From positions 105,064 to 169,063 of IMG/VR virus record IMGVR_UViG_3300009177_000029: a stretch of DNA of 64,000 nucleotides. The stretch is one strand, 5' to 3'. A model generated the notes under the pieces. The model worked only from the letters and a program-made list of their open reading frames with translations. It was not told the origin of the DNA and ran no database searches. Positions 26,373 through 35,497 of the stretch are shown here, one piece after another. This DNA is from a virus. Lineage: Duplodnaviria; Heunggongvirae; Uroviricota; Caudoviricetes. A program made the translations under genes and the position numbers. Position 1 is the stretch's first letter; each line of letters opens with the position of its first letter.

Positions 26373-27271
26373 ATCAGCCGTTGCGTCCCGGAATGCGTCC
26401 GAGCAAGTTCGGTCCCAATCCGCTCGTGAACAAGGAAGAAACGGTGGATGATATCATCCAGCGTGGGCGGATGCTCGCAGAGCACAACGTCCGCAGTTTC
26501 ATTCCTGGCCTGCGAGCTTCGAACATCCTGATCGAGCCTCGCATCCCGACGATGGGCATCGACAAATACTGGCGCACGTACTGGAATCCACGTGCGGTTA
26601 TGTGGATGGTGCGTGCGGCTCAGGCTGTGAGCAAGCAGCATCCGTGTCGTACGTGTGGTGCATCTTCGCATCACAAGTATGCCTACATCGCGGGCATCTG
26701 GATTCACGAGATCGGTCATCAGGTCTTCCGCCATCGTACGCGCATGGACGAGGCCGGGTTCACGAACCGCAGCAAGGGTAACATCGCCCAAGATGCGGAA
26801 ATGAATGACGATATCCCCGAGATCGGTCAAGCGGCCGAGAAGTGGGGCGCTCTACCTCAGAACGATTCTCCCACACCGGCAATGTGTTTGCCGAGTCGTG
26901 TGATGGTCGATCAGGCCGAGTACGACAAGTGGAACAAGCTGGGCACGGCTGCCTTCAAGATGCTGACTGGCAAAGACATGTGGGATGTGTATCATCCCGT
27001 CGGTGCTGGTCAGCCTGGCATGAAGGAGATTCCGTTCCTGGTGTTCCCGGAAGCGATTCCGACGGCACCGAACGTGTGGACGAAGCTCGACAAGCACAAG
27101 ATCTTCGAGGTCTACTACGAGCAGATTCCCGATCCGGTGGACATGACTGTCACGATCGTGGCCATGTCGCAGGACAAGTCTGGTAACATGACCGGCACCG
27201 CGACGTGTGATATCATCTTCGAAGGCGCTCAGCAGGACGTGGCTGCACAGGGAGTAGGAGAAGATAAATGA
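26369..27271 (+). CDS. putative zinc metallopeptidase-like protein (DUF2201_N-like) partner of MoxR ATPase
   Basis: HExxH motif HEIGHQVFRH; position between AAA+ and vWA genes. Confidence 0.5.
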   Translation: MNQPLRPGMRPSKFGPNPLVNKEETVDDIIQRGRMLAEHNVRSFIPGLRASNILIEPRIPTMGIDKYWRTYWNPRAVMWMVRAAQAVSKQHPCRTCGASSHHKYAYIAGIWIHEIGHQVFRHRTRMDEAGFTNRSKGNIAQDAEMNDDIPEIGQAAEKWGALPQNDSPTPAMCLPSRVMVDQAEYDKWNKLGTAAFKMLTGKDMWDVYHPVGAGQPGMKEIPFLVFPEAIPTAPNVWTKLDKHKIFEVYYEQIPDPVDMTVTIVAMSQDKSGNMTGTATCDIIFEGAQQDVAAQGVGEDK

Positions 27272-28281
27272 GCACGCTCACGATCGACTCGCCCGTTCCT
27301 GGTCTTCGTCTCAAGCCGGACGGAAAGATCAAGGAAATCAGGGGCAAGGGCACGCCTGGTGATGCGGTTGTCGTCACGCTCGACAATCATGTGCTGGGTG
27401 TTGTCGAGGTCGATGCCAACGGTGACTGGTGCCTCAAGGGCAGCGGCTCCGGTGATGGCGACGGCCAAGGCAAGCCCGATTCCCGGGGCAACGGTGGCCC
27501 TGGAAAGGGCGAACAGGAAATGTCCGACCACGGCAGCGGCTCCGATGGAGAAGCCCGTGGATGGGAAGCTGGTGACCCTGGCGAAAACGGCAACCCTGCT
27601 GGCATCGCCGAGGCTGAGGGTCAGGCTGTTCGTCGTGACGTGGCCACCAAGATCAAGGACCCGTCAAACAACCGTGGCACGCTCCCCGCTGGGTGGAACG
27701 TGTGGGCGGATACGATGCTACAGCCGCCGAAGGTTCGGTGGCAAGACAAGCTCCGTGCCATCGCTCGCCAGGCTGTCCAGCGTGTGCGTGGCGAACGTAT
27801 GAGCACGTATCGTCGGCTTGCACGCACCTCGATCGTGAGCAACTTCGGGGTCATCAAGCCCACGACGTACGATATTGTGCCCACGGTCGTCATCGTCGTG
27901 GATACGTCCGGATCGATGGGTGCAGGCAAAGGTTCGCGCCTGGAACGTGCTCTGTCCGAGTGTGAGGCCATCCTCAAGCTCAACAAGGTCAAGAGCTACT
28001 TCCTCGATTGCGACGCAAACGTGTACGGTACGGCACAGGACATCAAGTCCGTGTGCAAGGCGCAAGTGCATGGTGGTGGTGGCACGGATATGGCACTCGG
28101 TGTCCGTGCAGCACTCAAGAACAAGCCCAAGCCCGATATCATCGTGCTTCTCACGGACGGTGAGACTCCGTGGCCTGAGGCTCACGAACTGACGAAGATC
28201 AAGATGATCACGTGCATCTGTGGTCCGATCGGAGAGGAACGTATCCCGTCGTACATGAATCCCATCTTCGTGGACGACTGA
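27268..28281 (+). CDS. von Willebrand factor A (vWA, DUF2201-like) domain protein
   Basis: MIDAS VVIVVDTSGSMG (DxSxS), later GGGTDM and LLTDGE; Gly/Asp-rich low-complexity N-terminus. Confidence 0.65.
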   Translation: MSTLTIDSPVPGLRLKPDGKIKEIRGKGTPGDAVVVTLDNHVLGVVEVDANGDWCLKGSGSGDGDGQGKPDSRGNGGPGKGEQEMSDHGSGSDGEARGWEAGDPGENGNPAGIAEAEGQAVRRDVATKIKDPSNNRGTLPAGWNVWADTMLQPPKVRWQDKLRAIARQAVQRVRGERMSTYRRLARTSIVSNFGVIKPTTYDIVPTVVIVVDTSGSMGAGKGSRLERALSECEAILKLNKVKSYFLDCDANVYGTAQDIKSVCKAQVHGGGGTDMALGVRAALKNKPKPDIIVLLTDGETPWPEAHELTKIKMITCICGPIGEERIPSYMNPIFVDD

Positions 28282-28518
28282 AAGAGTTCGGCAACTCACG
28301 CCAACCAAATAAAGCTGATAGCTGTATCGTAGAAACGGTCGATACAGAAGGAGCCACTAAACGTTTACACCGTATTGATCGCAGCGGTGAAGAAGTGAGT
28401 AGCGATTCCCTGTTGCAGAACGGTGGGTTATCCGTTCTGCACCCTAATCAATACAGCAGACGGTTGGTAAGTCTGAATGGAGCAGAAATCTCTGCTGTGT
28501 TGATTCGGGAGGTGTGGT

Positions 28519-28758
28519 ATGAAGGTCAAGTACGGAAAAGGCAAGACCGAGTTTGGTCCCGGAGTTAGCATCGAACTGTCCGGTGAAGACGTGGCAGTTG
28601 CGATCGATGCGTTCCTCGTCGCGAACCACGTAAACGTGCAGGGTCCTCGCACGATCACTGTGAACGGCGAGCTGTGCAAGACGGGACATATCTATGTTGA
28701 TCCCTCCGGCTGGGTAGAGGACAAAAACTCGTACTGGTCTGGACGAGGCCCGAAGTGA
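28519..28758 (+). CDS. hypothetical protein
   Basis: ORF track 79 aa; SD gggaggtg. Confidence 0.35.
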   Translation: MKVKYGKGKTEFGPGVSIELSGEDVAVAIDAFLVANHVNVQGPRTITVNGELCKTGHIYVDPSGWVEDKNSYWSGRGPK

Positions 28759-28902
28759 AAGCCACGCTGGCGTTTCTTCGCATGCGTGCTCTGGCCACTG
28801 CCACCGAGCGGATGGACATTCACAAACATCCAGCGGTCGTGAAGATCGAGTTGGATCTACAACGCAAGTTCAAGACAGCACTCCACAACCAACAGGTTTC
28901 CG

Positions 28903-29370
28903 ATGTCAACTAGCCCCATCGTCGAGTTCTATTGCCGACAAGGCACGGACTGCAACGGCCGTCGTTTCGGTTACTTCATGCAAATGAATGACGAGGAACG
29001 TGAGTACGTGCACGACTACATCCAGTGGATGTTTCCGCTGATGGAGGGCAGTCGGTTCAATCCCGATGCGCCGGTCCTCACAACAGAGGACGTGAGTGAA
29101 CTCACGCAACATCCAACGGCTCAGTACCGTCTGCACCTGGCCATGCTACGAATGCAAGTGTTCTATCACGAGAACAAGCATTGGCGTGTGGAAGGTGACC
29201 ACAACCACATACGTATCACACGCATCCTCAAGTGCCTGACTCTTCTGGGAGCCAAAGACTTGGCCAAAGAGTTCTACGACTTCCTGTGTTCCTGTGAAGA
29301 ACAGTCCGAGTTCCAGAAGGCGTGGCCTTTCTGGCACGCGGCCATGCAAACGACCGCGCCCGCGGTGTAG
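28903..29370 (+). CDS. OGFr_N-like (opioid growth factor receptor conserved-region-like) protein, tentative
   Basis: FYCRQG...YVHDYIQWMFPLMEGSRFNPDAPVLT...MLRMQVFYHEN recalls OGFr conserved region (IQWLFPL, FN..AP.L). Confidence 0.4.
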   Translation: MSTSPIVEFYCRQGTDCNGRRFGYFMQMNDEEREYVHDYIQWMFPLMEGSRFNPDAPVLTTEDVSELTQHPTAQYRLHLAMLRMQVFYHENKHWRVEGDHNHIRITRILKCLTLLGAKDLAKEFYDFLCSCEEQSEFQKAWPFWHAAMQTTAPAV

Positions 29371-29378
29371 GGGTTCAC

Positions 29379-31595
29379 ATGCAGATTCCCGAGACTACCA
29401 TCGACGTCGAAATGGACAGCATCGAGTCGGAAGACGTCGAGATGGGCGTGGAGCTGAGTGCTCACGCATATGGTGTCCTCAGCAAAGGCTTGTACTCGGA
29501 TCCCTTCCGAGCCATCGTGCGTGAGTTGTGCTGCAATGCACGTGACGCACAGGTGGACAACGGGAACGCGGAAAAACCTTTCGAGGTTTGCCTGCCCAAT
29601 CCGATGGCGCCAGTATTCTCAGTCCGTGATTACGGGAAGGGAATCGCGCCGGAGAACATCAAGACTCTGTATACGTACTTCAAGAGTACGAAACAGGCAT
29701 CGAATCTACAGACTGGTTTCTTCGGTCTGGGATCCAAGAGCCCGTTCGCGTACACGAAGAAGTTCACGTGTATCAGTCGTCACGAGGGCGTGAAGTATCA
29801 CTTCTCTGTTCACCTCAACGCGAACGGGAAGCCCGGTACGCTGCTTCTGGCACAGAATCCGACGGATGAGGCTTCTGGTCTCGAAGTCTCGTTCTCTGTC
29901 GAGCCTCAGGATTTCGCGAACTTCCACAACGCAGCACGCCGTGCGTTGACGCCGTTCGCGATCAAGCCGACCATCCATGGAGTACACGGTAAGTTCTTCC
30001 AGGAAGAGCCCAAGCCTTTCCTGGAAGGACAGGGCTGGAAGCTGTACTCGAACCAATATGACCGCACGACGGGTCGTTATGGTTCGACGGCAGTTTCTTC
30101 CCTGACTGCACGCATGGGATATGTGGACTATCCCGTCGATGCGCAGGGCAAGAGCGGCATCAGCAAGAATGCGTCACAGCTTTGTGGCGCTCTGCTGTTG
30201 ATCGAGTTCCCCACTGGTGCGTTCGAGATCACGCCTGCGCGTGAAGCAATCCAGTGGACGGAATACAGCATCAACAACATCAACGAGCGGCTCGAAAGCA
30301 TCTACGAAGAGTTGGTGGCTCACGTCACCGAGAAGGTGTCGAAGGCTTCTTCTCTCTGGAAGGCAAACATTGCTTTCCAGAAGCTGATCGAGAATGGTCC
30401 GCTAGGTCAGTTGGGCATCCGGCCTACGTGGAATGGCCGGTCTGTCACCGGCAGTATGCACATTCCACACGAGTTCGATCTTCGCGCCATTCGTGCGACG
30501 ATGCCACGTCGTGATACAGAAGGCAAGAACGCAGCATCTGTCACGGAACTGTCTCAGCCGGTTCGTCCGCATGAGACACACTTCTACTACACAGACTTCA
30601 CTGGTTCGATGGCTCGAATCGTGAACTACGTACGTGACAAGTTCGCACGGAACCAGGAGTGTTACGTAATCGTTCCCATTCGCGAAGTCGAGGAGACTGA
30701 TCCTCGTCATGCGGAGTGGATGGTTCGTCATCCTAGTTCGCTGAACAATCCGTTCAATCCGAAGATTCTCAAGCGCAAGCCGACCTTCGACAAGGGAAAG
30801 CTTCCTGAGTTCCTCAAAGCCTTTGGCATCGAGGAGTCGGATGTGACGATGTGTTCGACGGTGCCACAGCGCCCTCGTGCAGCATCCTCACGACAAGCTC
30901 GCCTTGTGGGATCGAAGGCACGTGCCTTCTCGTTCAAGACGGAAGCATGGGGATCTGCGGCGGATCGGTATTGGGACGAAGCCGAGGTCGATCTGGCTGC
31001 GGTGAAAGAGGGCGTGTACGTCCAACTGGATTCGTGGCATCTTGTCAACACTGTGTTGGGCAAGCGTCCTCGTGAGTTCAAGTCGTGGCTCGAAGACTTC
31101 ACTGGCGCTGGTTTGACTTTGCCTCAACTCATTGGGGTGAAGACTGCTGACATCAAGAAGTTCGAGAAAGCTTCGAACTGGATCACGCTCGATCAGTACG
31201 TGCTGCGTACTCTGAAAGAGAAGTGGGCAGATCCCGAGTTCCAGTTGTGCTACAAGACGTGGTTGCTTCACGACCACGATACGTACTTCGAACACCTCGC
31301 AGCCTTCCAAGACAAGAAAGGATTGTCCGCTGGCTTCAAGAAGCTCGTCGAGCAGATTCACAAGGTCGTCACCACTGGTCCCACGACGCGTCACTTCCAC
31401 ACTTGTCTGCCTGGTTCGGCAGACTTTTACGGTGAGACTCAAACTGTGGACGGTGTTACGAATGCCCTTGTGACTCAGGCACTCAAGAGCTATCCTCTGT
31501 TGCCTGCGCTACTCGCAGACCGTCCCTCTCACTGGACCGTTCCCTACAAAGCAGTCATCGAATACTGCAAGCTCATCGACAACCAAGAAAGGTAG
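29379..31595 (+). CDS. rIIA: rIIA-like GHKL (histidine kinase/Hsp90-like) ATPase protein
   Basis: Bergerat-fold boxes: N box ELCCNARDAQ, G1 VRDYGKGI, G2 GFFGLGSKS; ~738 aa; followed by rIIB-size gene. Confidence 0.5.
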   Translation: MQIPETTIDVEMDSIESEDVEMGVELSAHAYGVLSKGLYSDPFRAIVRELCCNARDAQVDNGNAEKPFEVCLPNPMAPVFSVRDYGKGIAPENIKTLYTYFKSTKQASNLQTGFFGLGSKSPFAYTKKFTCISRHEGVKYHFSVHLNANGKPGTLLLAQNPTDEASGLEVSFSVEPQDFANFHNAARRALTPFAIKPTIHGVHGKFFQEEPKPFLEGQGWKLYSNQYDRTTGRYGSTAVSSLTARMGYVDYPVDAQGKSGISKNASQLCGALLLIEFPTGAFEITPAREAIQWTEYSINNINERLESIYEELVAHVTEKVSKASSLWKANIAFQKLIENGPLGQLGIRPTWNGRSVTGSMHIPHEFDLRAIRATMPRRDTEGKNAASVTELSQPVRPHETHFYYTDFTGSMARIVNYVRDKFARNQECYVIVPIREVEETDPRHAEWMVRHPSSLNNPFNPKILKRKPTFDKGKLPEFLKAFGIEESDVTMCSTVPQRPRAASSRQARLVGSKARAFSFKTEAWGSAADRYWDEAEVDLAAVKEGVYVQLDSWHLVNTVLGKRPREFKSWLEDFTGAGLTLPQLIGVKTADIKKFEKASNWITLDQYVLRTLKEKWADPEFQLCYKTWLLHDHDTYFEHLAAFQDKKGLSAGFKKLVEQIHKVVTTGPTTRHFHTCLPGSADFYGETQTVDGVTNALVTQALKSYPLLPALLADRPSHWTVPYKAVIEYCKLIDNQER

Positions 31596-31602
31596 ACCGC
31601 AA

Positions 31603-32712
31603 ATGTCCAAGAAAATCGCATACATGCTCCTCGATCGCCACCTCTCCATCGTCATCGACGGCCATCCGCACGAGATCGATGCCAAGCATCCGCATCGCGC
31701 GCAGATCATCGCGCTCCTCAAGCGCCCGGAGGGTGAGACCGAGAAGGCCGAGGGTGTTCGTGCCGAGGCGCTGCTCAAGGCCATCAAGGCAGACAAGCTC
31801 GATCTTCGTGTCCTCGCCAACAAGGTTGGCTGGGAGGACGTGAAGGTAGACCACGGCGTGGTCACCGTCAAGGGCAAGCCGATGCGCACGTCCCTGACGC
31901 AGCGTATCGTCGAGTTGCAGGCCGCTGGTCTGCCGTACGATGCGTTCGTGCGCTTCCTCGTGAATCTCCAAGAGAATCCGAGCCAGGAGAGTCGTGACGC
32001 TCTGTTCGATTTCCTCGAACGCGGCCGCTTTCCGCTCACGGACGATGGCTGCTTCCTCGGCTACAAAGGTGTGGTCGAAGGCGTGCTCAACGGCAAGAAA
32101 ACGCTGGTCGATCAGCACTCGCACTCGTTCGATATGTCTCCGGGCAACGTCCACGAGATGCCGCGTGACAAGGTGGACGACAACCGCAACTCCGCGTGTG
32201 GTGCAGGCTTCCACGTCGGCACGATCGACCATGCTCGTGGCTTCGGTGCGCACATGATCGTCGTGAAGGTCAATCCTCGCGATGCGGTGAGCGTTCCCAC
32301 GTCGGACACGACCAAGCTTCGCTGCTGCCGCTACGAAGTCGTGAACGAGTTCAAGGATGCGCGGAACGCGAGGGAACTGGCACTTCCGGTCTACACGGAC
32401 AGCCAGATCAAGGATCGTCACTTCGAGAGCAAGACCGTGGTGGCTCAGCCGGCTTCCTCGCTCTCGGACCTGACGCGTGACCAGTTGGTTCGCAAGGCTG
32501 TGGACTCGCAGCTCGTGGAGTCGGTCAACGAGGCTCGCATGCTCGGCAAGGATCTGCTCGTCAAGACTCTCACGCTCGGCGCACTGCCGTTCGACGAGAT
32601 GACGATGACGGAGCTTGCGGCTCTGGCGGTTCGTCGTCATCACTTCACGAGTGATTCGGCGGCTCGCAAGGCTGGTCGTGCGAAGATGATCGCGTCGCTC
32701 ACTGCGGCATGA
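31603..32712 (+). CDS. rIIB: rIIB-like protein (tentative)
   Basis: 369 aa gene 8 nt downstream of rIIA-like; size/position as T4 rIIB; no direct motif recognised. Confidence 0.35.
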   Translation: MSKKIAYMLLDRHLSIVIDGHPHEIDAKHPHRAQIIALLKRPEGETEKAEGVRAEALLKAIKADKLDLRVLANKVGWEDVKVDHGVVTVKGKPMRTSLTQRIVELQAAGLPYDAFVRFLVNLQENPSQESRDALFDFLERGRFPLTDDGCFLGYKGVVEGVLNGKKTLVDQHSHSFDMSPGNVHEMPRDKVDDNRNSACGAGFHVGTIDHARGFGAHMIVVKVNPRDAVSVPTSDTTKLRCCRYEVVNEFKDARNARELALPVYTDSQIKDRHFESKTVVAQPASSLSDLTRDQLVRKAVDSQLVESVNEARMLGKDLLVKTLTLGALPFDEMTMTELAALAVRRHHFTSDSAARKAGRAKMIASLTAA

Positions 32713-33299
32713 ATCTGAAAGAAGCTGCATACTCACTACAACGTGAGGCGTGGCGAGGATTGGTAAAAGATATGTACGGTCGCACACCTTCTATCCCAAC
32801 CTTTCCGCTGGCCACGGACTGGCGTTCGAATGGACGTCCCGCAGATCCGAGGAGCAGCTTCTACATGATTTGTCCGAACTGCAAGCAAGAACTCATGATT
32901 CCGGATCGCGGGCATGGGAATGCTTTGCGACGTCACAAGCGTGGAACGAACTGCCGACGTGACACCGAAATCCTCAGCATGAATGCGAAGGGTTTCTTCA
33001 CGTTCGGCGGTCGTCACACCAGCAAGCATTCACGATGGCTCATCCCGTTCTCCAAGCGCGGTAAGTGGTTGGAGTTCTTCCCTGAGACTATCGTGAGCTT
33101 CGTGCGCTGGAAGCACGGTGGCACGGTGCCACAGTTCGCGAACAATGACCTGCAAGCGTTCCTGCGTCAAACCATTGACGAACAACAGAATACGCTGGCT
33201 GGTCTCGTGTTGCAGCACGAGTACGCGAAAGAGGATGGTTTGTTCGGTATCCCGGATGACTCCACATGGGAAGGCGCGATCATCAATCCACCTTTCTGA
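32709..33299 (+). CDS. hypothetical protein with Cys/His cluster
   Basis: ORF track 196 aa; CPNCKQE...HG..H..C. Confidence 0.35.
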   Translation: MNLKEAAYSLQREAWRGLVKDMYGRTPSIPTFPLATDWRSNGRPADPRSSFYMICPNCKQELMIPDRGHGNALRRHKRGTNCRRDTEILSMNAKGFFTFGGRHTSKHSRWLIPFSKRGKWLEFFPETIVSFVRWKHGGTVPQFANNDLQAFLRQTIDEQQNTLAGLVLQHEYAKEDGLFGIPDDSTWEGAIINPPF

Positions 33300-33346
33300 T
33301 TGACAACGACGGTTCCTGGTAATATCCTACCAACTCGGAGGCTCGA

Positions 33347-33565
33347 ATGAAGAATCGAAAGCAGTTCAAGGGTGCTGGCTTCAACCTCGAAGCGGCAAAC
33401 ATGTCGGTCACGTGCGCGGTGGAGGAAGCTCGCAAGCGTGGCTATCTGTCGCCCCGTGATTGCGAGGGTCTCACCCACGCGGAGACGGACCAGTACATGC
33501 GGCTCTGTCGCATGGAGTGGGGTGTGACGGAGTGGGAGAACAGTCGCGTGCAGGAGGCTGCGTGA
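33347..33565 (+). CDS. hypothetical protein
   Basis: ORF track 72 aa. Confidence 0.3.
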   Translation: MKNRKQFKGAGFNLEAANMSVTCAVEEARKRGYLSPRDCEGLTHAETDQYMRLCRMEWGVTEWENSRVQEAA

Positions 33566-33936
33566 TGGACAAGCTTCTCGAAGGTTTCGTCGCGATCATC
33601 CTCGGCGTGCTCGTGCTGGCTTTCAGCGTGCTCGTCGGTGCGGCAATCACCGTGCCACTGGTTCTTCTGAGTGCGTACATCGGCCAGGATCTCTGGGCCA
33701 TGTACATCCTTCCGCTCTGCGGAGTTCCGGTGCCCAGCATCTGGATCATGGCTGGTCTGATGGTCGTGGTTCGCTTCTTCAAGGGTGTGGAGTTCCCCAA
33801 GGAAGAGGATAAGGACAAGAACAAGAAGAAGAGCGAGACTCCGATGTGGGATGCGGCGAAGCCGTTCGTCTTCCAGCTTCTCTTCCTGCTCATCATGTGG
33901 GGCGAGGCGAATCTCTGCTTCTGGTTGGCGTCGTGA
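33565..33936 (+). CDS. integral membrane protein (3-4 TM)
   Basis: ATGA overlap; helices FVAIILGVLVLAFSVLVGAAITVPLVLL, IWIMAGLMVVVRFF, FVFQLLFLLIMW. Confidence 0.4.
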   Translation: MDKLLEGFVAIILGVLVLAFSVLVGAAITVPLVLLSAYIGQDLWAMYILPLCGVPVPSIWIMAGLMVVVRFFKGVEFPKEEDKDKNKKKSETPMWDAAKPFVFQLLFLLIMWGEANLCFWLAS

Positions 33937-34199
33937 TGCGCACGGCAATCCTTTTGTGTGCACTGCTCGCAGGTTGCGAGGTCAGTGATGACACGGCGGA
34001 TCATGCGCTTCACAACGAGGGTCTCCACCGTGCCACGTATGGCGGTCCTGCCGTCTTCTCGTGTCACGATGGTGATGATTGGTCACGAACCTTCCTGGCG
34101 TATCGCACGGTCCTCGATCGTGACGGGCGTCCGGAGGAACAACAGGTGTCCGGAGTCATCTGTTGTGGCTTTCTCACCTGTGTGGTGAGAGTCGACTGA
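33936..34199 (+). CDS. small lipoprotein
   Basis: GTGATG overlap; MRTAILLCALLAGC lipobox. Confidence 0.4.
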   Translation: MRTAILLCALLAGCEVSDDTADHALHNEGLHRATYGGPAVFSCHDGDDWSRTFLAYRTVLDRDGRPEEQQVSGVICCGFLTCVVRVD

Positions 34200-34301
34200 T
34201 CTACGAGGGCTGCGTCTCATTAATCGCAGGGTTCCCTAGATGACATGTGGCAGTGTCAACCTGTCTTTTAACCAGGTTAGTTTGTATCATCCGGTCTACG
34301 A

Positions 34302-34325
34302 TTGTACGTGCGGCCGCACGTACAA
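34302..34325. promoter_or_regulatory. 24-bp perfect palindrome ttgtacgtgcggccgcacgtacaa
   Basis: Self-complementary over all 24 nt, in 225-bp intergenic region upstream of gene 34425. Confidence 0.5.
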
Positions 34326-34424
34326 CGGCGATAGATTGGGCTCATGATACAGCATTTGTGGGTTCGATTCCCACCTAGGGTATTGGGTAGCAATCTCGCT
34401 ATTCATGTTTGATCGGAGAAGTGT

Positions 34425-34880
34425 ATGCGCACAGAGATCGAAATGGAGAATGGTCGGAAGCGTGAAGAGCACATTCGCATCGACTTGCAGGGTCTTTGCG
34501 GGGAGTGCAACCTCAACTGGTTCTCGTACCAGGAGTGTGCCAACTGCAAGGAGATCGTCGAGAACTGTGCGTGCAAGAAGGAGAAGCGCGCACATCGCAC
34601 GGTCTACTTCATCCACGAGAACGGTGTGACGACCGGAGCGAAGTACCTCCGCAAGCAGGAGATGGCAGAGAACGTGCTTGCGTTCTCTATCCATCGTCTC
34701 GTGCCGAAGAATCGCAACCGCGATTTCGTGGCATGGGCAGGCGTCAGGGGCGCTCGCATCCTCACGACGATGAGCGAGGAGTCGCGCAACGAGGTTCGTC
34801 GTGCGAAGGCGGCTCTCGAAGCCATGAAGGAAGCGTCTGCCGCTGGTGAGACGGTGGCGGTCACGGAGGTGGCGTCATGA
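34425..34880 (+). CDS. zinc-finger protein
   Basis: CGECN...CANCKEIVENCAC cysteine cluster; SD ggagaag. Confidence 0.4.
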   Translation: MRTEIEMENGRKREEHIRIDLQGLCGECNLNWFSYQECANCKEIVENCACKKEKRAHRTVYFIHENGVTTGAKYLRKQEMAENVLAFSIHRLVPKNRNRDFVAWAGVRGARILTTMSEESRNEVRRAKAALEAMKEASAAGETVAVTEVAS

Positions 34881-35068
34881 TTCCCGCGAACTTCCCGCAT
34901 CGTCACGAGAAGCGTGCCAAGGAAGCGGTCGAGCGCCAGGAAGCGTTCGGAAAGCTTTCCCCGCAGCAGCGTCTGACCCTTCTCGATGCTCGCCTCGGTG
35001 CGGGTGTCGGTGCGAAGCGTCAGCGTGCGAAGCTGTCCAAGCTGATCGAGAAGGCAAGCAAGAAGTAG
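34877..35068 (+). CDS. hypothetical basic protein
   Basis: ORF track 63 aa, ATGA overlap. Confidence 0.3.
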   Translation: MIPANFPHRHEKRAKEAVERQEAFGKLSPQQRLTLLDARLGAGVGAKRQRAKLSKLIEKASKK

Positions 35069-35102
35069 TCTCAACCGCAACACAACGAAAGGAAACAAGA
35101 AA

Positions 35103-35495
35103 ATGGCAAAGCTCACGGCGTCCCAGAATCAGTGTGTCAGTCAGATCATGACGGCCTTGCAGGGTCAGATCTACCTCTACGGTGATGCGGGCAACGAGAT
35201 GCGCCGAAACGTCGAGCGCATCATGGGCACGAAGAACGGAGCAGTCATTCTGACTGCCTTGCAGAACGCCCTCTCGCGTGCGCAGTCCGACAGTGTGCAG
35301 CTCAACTCTCAGATGACTGCCAGTCGGCAACGGATCGAGTCGCTCGTGCGAGACAACCAGCGTCTGACGGACGATCGTGCTCGTGAGCAGCGTGAACACA
35401 GTGCGCGCAACCAGGAAGTGGCCGACCTGTTGGCCATCCTCAGCCAGACGACGCAGGCTCTCACGAAGAAGAGCATTCACGGTCGAGGCTACTGA
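35103..35495 (+). CDS. hypothetical coiled-coil protein
   Basis: ORF track 130 aa; SD aaaggaaaca. Confidence 0.35.
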   Translation: MAKLTASQNQCVSQIMTALQGQIYLYGDAGNEMRRNVERIMGTKNGAVILTALQNALSRAQSDSVQLNSQMTASRQRIESLVRDNQRLTDDRAREQREHSARNQEVADLLAILSQTTQALTKKSIHGRGY

Positions 35496-35497
35496 AC

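Noticed and set aside
28212-28568. 118-aa ORF spanning the vWA gene end and the structured intergenic region
   Set aside because: It overlaps the vWA C-terminus and the start of 28519..28758. It runs across three hairpins and has no SD. Likely spurious.
34300-34385. Possible intact tRNA gene ending at the GGTTCGATTCC hairpin
   Set aside because: Only the T-arm and a 3' acceptor-like strand are present. No complementary 5' acceptor strand, D-arm or anticodon stem could be built within 70-95 nt upstream. The same holds for the copy at 46266-46290. Reported as tRNA-like hairpins, not tRNA genes.
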